This document shows positions 22,740-32,662 of a DNA stretch of 32,662 bases, piece by piece (position 1 is the stretch's first letter; every line of letters begins with the position of its first letter). Source of the DNA: Nemertoderma westbladi (lineage: Eukaryota > Animalia > Xenacoelomorpha); the NCBI GenBank assembly GCA_032718475.1, contig JAUCBJ010000219.1:1-32662 (forward strand), given 5' to 3'. The position numbers and the translations under genes are program-made. A model generated the notes under the pieces. It saw only the letters and a program-made list of their open reading frames with translations. It was not told the origin of the DNA and made no database searches.

Positions 22740-25700
22740 CATAAACTCTATCCACCAACCCATCGGAACCATAAACTCTATCCACCAACCCATCGGAACC
22801 ATAAACTGTATCCACCAACCCATCGGAACCATAAACTCTATCCACCAACCCATCGGAACTATAAACTCTATCCACCAACCCATCGGAACCATAAACTCTA
22901 TCCACCAACCCATCGGAACCATAACTCTATCCACCAACCCATCGGAACCATAAACTCTATCCACCAACCCATCGGAACCATAAACTCTATCCACCAACCC
23001 ATCGTAACCATAAACTCTATCCACCAACCCATCGGATCCATAAACTCTATCCACCAACCCATCGTAACCATAAACTCTATCCACCAACCCATCGGAACCA
23101 TAAACTCTATCCACCAACCCATCGGAACCATAATCTGTATCCACCAACCCATCGGAACCATAAACTCTATCCACCAACCCATCGGAACCATAAACTCTAT
23201 CCACCAACCCATCGTAACCATAAACTCTATCCACCAACCCAACGGAACCATAAACTCTATTCACCAACCCATCGGAACCATAAACTCTATCCACCAACCC
23301 ATTGTAACCATAAACTCTATCCACCAACCCATCGGAACCATAAACTCTATCCACCAACCCATCGGAACCATAAACTCTATCCACCAACCCATCGGAACCA
23401 TAAACTCTATCCACCAACCCATCGGATCCATAAACTCTATCCACCAACCCATCGTAACCATAAACTCTATCCACCAACCCAACGGAACCATAAACTCTAT
23501 TCACCAACCCATCGGAACCATAAACTCTATCCACCAACCCATTGTAACCATAAACTCTATCCACCAATCCATCGGAACCATAAACTCTATCCACCAACCC
23601 ATCGGAACCATAAACTCTATCCACCAACCCATCGGAACCATAAACTCTATCCACCAACCCATCGGATCCATAAACTCTATCCACCAACCCATCGTAACCA
23701 TAAACTCTATCCACCAACCCATCGGAACCATAAACTCTATCCACCAACCCATCGGAACCATATACTCTATCCAGCAACCCATCGTAACCATAAACTCTAT
23801 CCACCAACCCATCGGAACCATAAACTCTATCCACCAACCCATCGGAACCATAAACTCTATCCACCAACCCATCGAAACCATAAACTCTATCCACCAACCC
23901 ATCGGAACCATAAACTCTATAACTCTATCAACCAAACCATCAGAACCATAAAGTCTATTCACCAACCCATCGGAACCATAAACTCTATCCACCAACCCAT
24001 CGGAACCATAAACTCTATCCACCAACCCATCGGAACCCTAAACTCTATCCAGTAACCCATCGGAACCATAAACTCTATCAACCAACCCATCAGAACCATA
24101 AAGTCTATTCACCAACCCATCGGAACCATAAACTCTATCCAGTAACCCCTCGGAACCATAAACTCTATCCAGTAACCCATCGGAACCCTAAACTCTATCC
24201 AGTAACCCATCGGAACCATAAACTCTATCCACCTACCCATCGGAACTCTAAACTCTATCCAGTAACCCATCGGAACCATAAACTCTATCAACCAACCCAT
24301 CAGAACCATAAACTCTATCCACCAATCCATCGGAACCATAAACTCTATCCACTAACCCATCGGAACCATAAACTCTATCCACCAACCCATCGGAACCCTA
24401 AACTCTATCCAGTAACCCATCGGAACCATAAACTCTATCAACCAACCCATCAGAACCATAAAGTCTTTTCACCATCCCATCGGAACCATAAAGTCTATTC
24501 ACCAACCCACCGGAACCCTAAACTCTATCCACCAACCCATCAGAACCAACAATTATATCCACCAACCCATCAGAACCATAATCTCTAACCACCAACCCAT
24601 CGGAACCATAAACTCTATCCAGTAACCCATCGGAACCATAAACTCTATCCAGTAACCCATCGGAACCCTAAACTCTATCCAGTAACCCATCGGAACCCTA
24701 AACTCTATTCACCACCAACCCATCAGAACCATAAACTCTACCCAGTAACCCATCGAAACCCTAAACTCTATCCACCAACCCATCGGAACCCTAATTCGAT
24801 CCAGTAACCCGTCGGACTCATAAACTCTGTCCAGTAACCCACCGGAACCATAAACTCTATCCACCAACCCATCGGAACCATAAACTCTATCCACCAACCC
24901 ATCGGAACCATAACTTCTATCCACCAACCCATCGGACTCATACACTCTATCCACCAACCCATCGGAACCATAACCTCTACCCACCAACCCATCGGACTCA
25001 TAAACTCTGTCCACTAATCCATCTGAACCATAAACTCTATCCACCAACCCATCGGAACCATAAACTATATCCACCAAACCATCGGACTCATAAACTCTGT
25101 CCAGTAATCTATCGGAACCATAAACTCTATCCATCAGAACATCGGAACCATAACTTCTTTCCACCAACCAATCGGACTCATAAACTCTATTCACCAACCC
25201 ATCGGAACCATAACCTCTAACCACCAACCCATCGATCTCATAAACTCTGTCCACCAACCCATCGGAACCATAAACTCTATCCACCAACCCATCGGAACCA
25301 TAACTTCTATCCACCAACCCATCGGACTCATACACTCTATCCACCAACCCATCGGAACCATAACCTCTACCCACCAACCCATCGGACTCATAAACTCTGT
25401 CCACTAATCCATCTGAACCATAAACTCTATCCACCAACCCATCGGAACCATAAACTATATCCACCAAACCATCGGACTCATAAACTCTGTCCAGTAATCT
25501 ATCGGAACCATAAACTCTATCCATCAGAACATCGGAACCATAACTTCTTTCCACCAACCAATCGGACTCATAAACTCTATTCACCAACCCATCGGAACCA
25601 TAACCTCTAACCACCAACCCATCGATCTCATAAACTCTGTCCACCAACCCATCGGACTCATAAACTCTATCCACCAACCCATCGGAACCATATCCTCTAT

Positions 25701-25894
25701 CCACCCACCCATCGGAACCATAACCTCTATCCACACCCATCGGAACCATAACTCATATCCACCAACCCATCGGACTCATAAACTATATCCACCAACCCAT
25801 CGGAACCATAAACTCTATCCACCAACCCATCGGAACCATAAACCCTATCCACCAACCCATCGGAACCATAAACTCTGTCCACTAAACCATCGGA
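22740..25894. repeat. 30-bp minisatellite, about 105 copies
   Basis: The unit is CATAAACTCTATCCACCAACCCATCGGAAC. The left part is homogeneous and the right part more diverged, with 240-bp and 390-bp higher-order duplications. Confidence 0.97.
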
Positions 25895-27081
25895 GTTATA
25901 AGATTTGGCAACTGAACTGGATCTTAATTACTGGTAAGTATTAATTATATGATTTTTTTGCCTTTGCTTGGTCACAGTGCAAACCTATCATCAAACATTC
26001 GTCAATAAACATATTTCTATACATTAAACTATGATATACTAGATATATAGTATATTGCATGTCACAGTTATATAAATTAAATGAAACTAAAACATGAGTA
26101 GACTAGACTATGTCACTAATACATACTACTAGGACAAGAGAGAATGGACTGGACAGTTGAAATGAGATTTATTCATAATTGTCGCAATTTCGTTTCTCTC
26201 AAGTTCAGTATCCCTTTCAAGTTGGTCTTTATATGTTATAGCCGGTCGTCCACGCCTACACGTTCATTGTGTTGGTTGCCAGAAAAGCAGATCTGGTATT
26301 AAGACCTCATGTTTACTTCTCCAGCAGTGCCCACTGAATCTTTATCTGCATTCACGGGGGTTGTGTGTTTGTTGTGTTGATCAATGTGTTATTTAATGTG
26401 TTATTTAATTAATAAACATCATCAATAATTGTTTTAGTTCGAGTAACAAATAATAGCAGGTTTCATGAGATCATTCGCAGAAGTAACAAACTGTACTGTA
26501 TATTGTATTATGTGTATGGTTGATATATTTTTTGCAGTTAAAAGTACATGCTGTATAATAATTAGGCCTGTATATAAATTATTTATAGTGTCATAAATAA
26601 TTTTGTGCCTGGTTATAAAGTAGTCAGTGTAAAGTTGACGTTGAACAGGAAACACAAAATACTGGAGGCAACCTATTGAAGTCTCCTCTCTTGTGGATGT
26701 TTACCTGTAAGGACCAATCTTTGAGTCCGAAGGTCGATCACTCACACTATCCAACCACTTGCTTTACTCACCAGCATAACCCGGGTTATTATCATATTGG
26801 TGAATAGGCACACCTGCCAAATGTCTACTGGCCAAACCCCAGATCGAACTCCCAGGCAAAGGGGAAAGATAGGCCTACAGTATTGTATACTATAGGCCTA
26901 TCACATTTACCAGACGATCTGATAAAGACTACAGGAGTGTATAAGGTATATATATACCTCACCAAAACATACACCCCTCAAGAGGGCTATTTTAACTGCA
27001 GCGCACTTAATAGTTGTACTGTAGTGAACTGCTGGTCCATCTCCCTATAAACATTGCTCTGCTAGTCTCAGAATGTATAAA

Positions 27082-27568
27082 ATACTGTACTGTACAACAC
27101 AAGAGCCATTTATTAAAACAAAAAAAGTGATAATTTGTAGCATTAAAGCCTTATATGTAGCGGCTGAGTCACTTTTCATATCTCCAACAAAAGTAGCACA
27201 AGAGCCACTTGATTACACTGCGTGTGAGGTGTCAAAGTGACCTGAGACTTGGTCTGCAATTACATCCACAGGGTTTAGATTGTATTAGAACCACTCTACT
27301 CAATAGATAAGATATTCCGCCTGTCGTAGCTAATTCAATCACAGCTCTGCTATTGTCAGTATATATATATACTGTACTGTACAACACAAGAGCCTTTTCT
27401 TATAACAAAAAAAAGTGAAAATTTGTAGCACTAAAGCCTTATATGTAACGGCTGGGCCACTTGTCATAACTCCAACAAAAGTAGCAGAAGAGCCACTTGG
27501 TTATACTTTATGGGAGGTGTCCCAGTGATTTTGCATCCAATTATACCTGCAGGGTTTAGATTGTATTA
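27082..27568. repeat. About 200-bp direct duplication (copies at 27082 and 27369)
   Basis: ATACTGTACTGTACAACACAAGAGCC...TCCAACAAAAGTAGCA...CAGGGTTTAGATTGTATTA is present twice, 287 bp apart. Confidence 0.85.
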
Positions 27569-27959
27569 ATTCTAGTACTACTGTAGCTCGAGCGAACTCG
27601 GACAGTGGAATTGAGATCCTTCCAGGCTTCCCGCTTGTCCATAGTTGTTTTATTATTATTCGTTACTTTAGTCAATCAAATTACATACATATGACAGACT
27701 AGTATATCCATTGCATAACTCCCCCACACCCCTAGGAAATGCCTTCAAGTGTCAGTATTTTGATGTCAGTATTTATGCTCCTGTTATAAATTATACTTGA
27801 AGTCCTTGTTTTGAATACTTTATGTTCCCTCTTAATGCTTAATGTTAAGGGGTCTATGAACAACAGCATTTAGACCTAGTAAATTATTTCAATAGTTGCA
27901 CTGCTTTACTGCGAATAGCAGACTTATACTGTGATACCTGGATGCTAGGGTAAATCTTT

Positions 27960-28940
27960 TTGACCTACGCGTAGTTACGCGTAATTTGTAACTTGCATTC
28001 CTATCATTTACCTATCGTTATACCATACTTACTGCCTTTTTAACAACTACGCGTAGGTGTTTTAAAACTACGCGTTGGTGTTTTAAAACTACGCGCAGGT
28101 ATTTAGAAGCTATGCGTAGGTATTCTCAAACAGCGTAGCATTTCGCGTAGGTGCTACGGGTAGCTACGCGTACCAGTCCTGAAAACAACGAGTTTTCATT
28201 TCAGGACCGGCAGGGCTTGAGTTGTTAGGCAGGTATCGGTATACTGTATGTCAGGTATCTGATTATCAGACAAACGGAATAACAGAATCGGTAGCTCATC
28301 TCTCTACACAGCACTGGTAATAAATAATATTCGGCTCTTTCACATGCAAATACAGGATGAATAAAAAGTAGACTTAAAATTCACGTACATTACCAAGTCT
28401 CTTTGCTTCCATTGGATAATTTAAATATTCTACAGTATAAGTTACCACTGAAGTGGTTAAGCGAAAGCTGAATAATTGAATGAACTGTATAATTCAATTG
28501 TTTAGTAAAATAACAATAAGTGCAACCAATCATGGTAGACAATTATTAGTCTCCCCCTTCCCTTGTCAACGGGTTAGCCCATTAAATATATCCTTGCCGT
28601 CTCATGAACAAAGGCAATAAAGGTCAATGGAGAATCGATAAGAACCAACGGCCTATTTCCTTTTAAGCTACTTTAAATAAACACATCATTGCGCGCGCAA
28701 CACATGAAGTGAAGAATATGTAGCAGCGTATGCCACTACTTTGAGTATACACTATAACATGGTATAGGATACATTTCTGTTGAAAGCATTTGATGATGGT
28801 TGTATTGTCTTATTTTAGAACTGAACCACATGGAATACGTAGGCCTACTAATGACAAACGTCGTATAGGCAGTTATGAGTAGCAACTACGCGTAGTTATA
28901 CGTAGCAACTACGCGTAGTTATACGTAGCAACTACGCCCT
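27960..28940. repeat. Two clusters of palindromic CTACGCGTAG short repeats (possible ends of non-autonomous DNA elements)
   Basis: 21-bp units AACTACGCGTAGGTGTTTTAA near 28045-28125, and 23-bp units AGCAACTACGCGTAGTTATACGT near 28881-28937. Confidence 0.6.
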
Positions 28941-29569
28941 TGGTTCAGTTTAGTTTATTTTCCAATAATAATATTTCCAATAATAACAATACATACATAC
29001 ACAATGGGAATACTTAAATGTTAAATTGTTACAAATTGATAATTTTATTAATTTAGACGGATGGAGACAGCGTGTAGCACGGTGGTGCTAGTATTTGCTG
29101 CCACCTTTAGGTATGGTGGTATGGCAATACAATAAGAGATAATATCCTTAAATTACACGTATTGATCGGCAAGACAACGAGTTCTAAGAGTAAAGCAGGG
29201 CAATATTAAGAAAAAAGTGTATATAATATATTAGCGACCAATGATATAACTATGAAACCTTAAATATTAAGATATTTATAATGTTAAATATAAATACAGT
29301 AAAATAAGTCGTGGAAGTCCTCTATACTGACGCGGCTTACTTAGAGGTGGAATGTTTTGATTGGTGGAATATTTGATGTAATTTAGATTAATTTGGAATT
29401 CGGAACCTAATGAGATACTATGATTTTAAATTTAATTTAATTTAAAGAGTGTTTAATTTAACTAATAGTAATATAAAATTTAGGGTGTTAATTTTTACCG
29501 ATAGTATACCAAAATTCAAATATTTATCCCAGCATTAATCTGAATATTCAAGGATCCAATGGGCGAAGT

Positions 29570-29655
29570 GCGTGACCCCGCGCCCGGGTAGAACATGGCA
29601 TCCCACCGGATACAGGCGTGACCCCGCGCCCGGGTAGAATATGGCACCCCACGCA
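29570..29655. repeat. 46-bp GC-rich tandem duplication
   Basis: GCGTGACCCCGCGCCCGGGTAGAA.ATGGCA.CCCAC at 29570 and 29616. Confidence 0.85.
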
Positions 29656-29729
29656 CGGGAGTACAATAAAACACATTCCGAATGATGCTACGCCTACTGG
29701 TTAGGTATATATCGTTGTGTAACTACTAT

Positions 29730-30020
29730 TTATAAAGAGTCCAGAAGATTAAGCTTAAGCTTCCTGCAGAAGAGAGGCTTATTTGGTAAATTTTTAAGTT
29801 TATCGTTGACAGAATTCCAAATGACAGGACCTTGATATTGCAGGGAGTTAGTTGGATAGCACGCGAACACGAATCTGGGCCGAACTGAAGCGAACTGATC
29901 GAAAATGTGGCGAAATCGACCAAGTGTCTATAGCGATAGTGTTAACCGAAATTCTGTCCATCTTCAGGATTTTATCTCTGTAAATGGATTGTTTTCGGCT
30001 GGAACTTAAAAGGGGGCTGA
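29730..30020 (-). mobile_element. 3' end fragment of a CR1/L2/Crack-type LINE ORF2
   Basis: The - strand reads TNSLQYQGPVIWNSVNDKLKNLPNKPLFCRKLKLNLLDSL* (stop 29730-29732). This is the typical GPxxWNSLP...FKxxLK terminus. Confidence 0.7.
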
Positions 30021-30129
30021 AAAGCTATGGACTCATAGTGGACCCAGTGGTCACAAGCCCCAGATAGACAATTTTCTGTTTCGTAGGAAATAAAGGAGCT
30101 CTATAAAAGACTGTAATGCTTTTACACTT

Positions 30130-31006
30130 CGACCCTTCTCCAGTGATCACCGCCTTATTGTGGCCAAGGTAAGACTTAGTCTGCGTGCTAGCAGAACAAC
30201 GAAATCTGCCTTGCCGCGGCATGACTGGTCCTCTCAGTTGCAACAGCCAAGTGTGAGATACAGCTTCACACTACAGCTGAGCAACAGGTATGAGGTTATT
30301 TCCTCTGAGGCGGCAGATCACTGTGAGGGCTATACTGCCTACACAGAAGCACCTAAGTTAGCAGCTGCAGAAAAAGTTGCTGTTTACCCTCGAAACAGGA
30401 AAAGGGCCCCCTGGACTGACCACAAAATTCAGAAGTTCCGATATGACCTCTATAAGGCGCCGAAAAAGTCCCGACTCAAACAGACAACAGCGGCCAAGAA
30501 TGCAGTTAAGACTGCATCTAGATCCCCAAACAGGCAGTACTCTGTTAATTTACAGGAGCTAATAAACCAACAGGTTGATGCCATCAATGATGCTGACAAC
30601 AGCAGGCAATCATCCCAGGCATGGAAATCGATCAACTTGCTTACTGGGCGGAAAAGCCAACCAACCACCAAGGTTATTACAGAATCACCAGCCGATCGCC
30701 TCAATGGTTGGAAGGCCCACTTTGAAAAGCTCCTCAATAATGACAGGGTATTGCCTGATAACTTTAAAGAAGTAAAAGTGTTTGAGTCTGTACTCCCAGA
30801 TATTCCCATTGGCGATATCTCCTTTGCAGAAGTGAAGGCTGCTGCAAAGAGAAGACAGGCATTTGGCTGTTATCTTTGTTGACTTCTTCAAGGCCTTTGA
30901 TTCAGTCTCTCGCCTATGTATCTTCAGCATACTTTCATTATATGGGATTCCTGATGAAATTATTGCAGCAACATATCAGTATACGGTGGTTCGACAACGT
31001 TTGTGT
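30130..31006 (+). mobile_element. RTE-clade LINE fragment (end of APE domain, linker, start of RT) with an internal deletion; same family as 12205-13480
   Basis: SDHRLIVAKVRLSL (APE C-terminus), LSNRYEVI, WKAHFEKLLN and EVKAAAK are followed directly by AVIFVDFFKAFDSVSR. 30852-31006 is nearly identical to about 12318-12477. Confidence 0.9.
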
Positions 31007-32304
31007 CGATCGAGGACCAAGGAATATGAGGTGATGCAAGGGCTGAGGGAACATGGGGTGACAGAAGTGGGGGAAAAACCAACAAATGGGGGGGGGGGGC
31101 AGCTGGCAAGTATAACGTGTATCCTTTGGTCAGTCGCCATGTAGGTAGGACTGTGTAATAAGTTTCCCCATAGTTTCCATATATCTGTTGGACAATATTA
31201 ACTGTGTTTAGTTGGCTATTAATTACTGTGGATGTCGGACGGTATACCACCATTGAGGTATCTTCTATTGATTGTGCTGTAATTTGTCTACTGGTACTTA
31301 TATATTTATCAGCTATTATTAACAACGATAAACCAATAACTCTTGCATTTTACCAGCCTACGGCATTCAGCCTTCATAGTCATTATAAACACGGCGATGC
31401 GTAGGAAACACAACAAGAGATTTACCCGGTCGGGATCCCACGCCAACTCGGATCCCATCACATATTATTATATTATTTATTTATTTACAGAATAACCGCG
31501 ATTCAAAAAAGAAATCCTAATAAAGTAATCCATCCCTCTACAGACAGAAGTTCAGATGTTGGAACGTCAAACTGTCCTAATTATGCCATTGAAGATCTGA
31601 TCAAATGATTGAATAACATCAGTTCAATTCCGTATCTTACAGAATATTTCATTTAGTTACAAAAAATAATTTAGAGTATTTTGTATTAATTTTAATTTAT
31701 GGAATTTTCTAACTCTATTTATATAAAAAATAATAACAAAGATTTATTAGTATTTTCCATAGGGAGAGCTCGCAATGTTTGCTAAAATTAGATATAAAAT
31801 AATTAATTTATATCAGATGTAAATACAATAATGATATAAATTTCTTTCAATTTATTTCCATTTTAATTCGTTCTTGGTTGATATTTTTCCCATATTATCT
31901 GTATTGTGTATTCTTGTAAAACCTGTGTATCTTGTCCCTTTGGTAGATACAAACCTGGACCATCTACTAATAAAACGTTTAAATTATAACTCAGAGGTTC
32001 CCATTGGTTATATTATTTAACCAATAAAACATTGGTTTACAATGAGTGTTATGGAGTTGGTTCCCATTCAGAACTACTATAATGTTATATGTTTATCTAA
32101 TCTATTCTAATTATCTCGGTCCCACTGTGGCTGGTTGTGGTTTCCCTAAAGTTACCCGACAACCCTATGTCATTGTACGTCCGTCCGTGTTACTAAACTA
32201 TCAACTCTGTTTGGACAATCGCACTCCATTCTGCATCCAAAATCTCCAGTTCAGCTATTTATATCCTATTTATATCCTTATATCCTTATATAATCAAATT
32301 TTCA

Positions 32305-32433
32305 GCTGTTGTAATTATTGAAGGATCATTATTGTGAGCTAACCCTATTCCTTTATATTAATTATTTGTATTTATTGAAAGATCATTATTGTGAGCTAAC
32401 CCTATTCCTTTCTATTAATTATTTGTAATTATT
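32305..32433. repeat. About 57-bp tandem duplication
   Basis: ATTGAA.GATCATTATTGTGAGCTAACCCTATTCCTTT..TATTAATTATTTGTA occurs twice. Confidence 0.85.
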
Positions 32434-32538
32434 CGGTTTAATTGATGCGATTTAATTGGATTGTGTTCCAGTTATTTATATTTAGTCATAATAAATAAAT
32501 TAAGTAAATATTAATAACATATTAATATATGAAAGCTA

Positions 32539-32662
32539 TGGGGAGGGGGGGGGGGGGGGGGGGGGGTGTAAGTTAGTCTGTTTCATTGGGGAGGGGGGGG
32601 GGGGTGTAAGTTAGTCTGTTTCATTGGAGAGGGAGGGGGGGGGGGGGGGGGTGTAAGTTTCA
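32539..32662. repeat. Poly-G-containing tandem repeat, 3 copies
   Basis: (G)nTGTAAGTTAGTCTGTTTCATTGG with G runs of variable length. Confidence 0.85.

Noticed and set aside
22698-25749. - strand repeat ORFs (DGLVDRVYGS, MVPMGWWIEF)
   Set aside because: They are a by-product of a stop-free 30-bp unit, and frames switch at indels.
18338-25894. Regular repeats as a CRISPR array
   Set aside because: The units are head-to-tail with no unique spacers, there are no cas genes, and the context is eukaryotic.

Overview
AT-rich, repeat-rich eukaryotic DNA, most likely from an invertebrate metazoan (inference from introns, TE families and a ROCO-CARD gene). The central feature is a spliced + strand gene of about 16 kb that the ORF track fragments. 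Exon A (ATG 6114, donor 6970) encodes a WD40 propeller. An 8.1 kb TE-filled phase-1 intron follows. The exon starting at 15101 completes the last WD40 repeat, then encodes an Apaf-1-like winged-helix segment, a Roc GTPase, COR, a Cys-rich module and two CARDs. After that come about 78 copies of a 36-bp unit (QGREAAVIDITN, SIM-like VID[I/V]T) and a diverged second Cys-module-CARD-CARD block. Several frame breaks suggest a truncated or decaying allele. Other features: the gag 5' end of a BEL/Pao LTR retrotransposon (- strand, running off the left edge), a TTAA-flanked non-autonomous piggyBac-like element, several LINE fragments, a 3.1 kb 30-bp minisatellite bracketed by splice signals, and small tandem repeats. 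All domain calls come from motif recognition by eye; no database searches were run.
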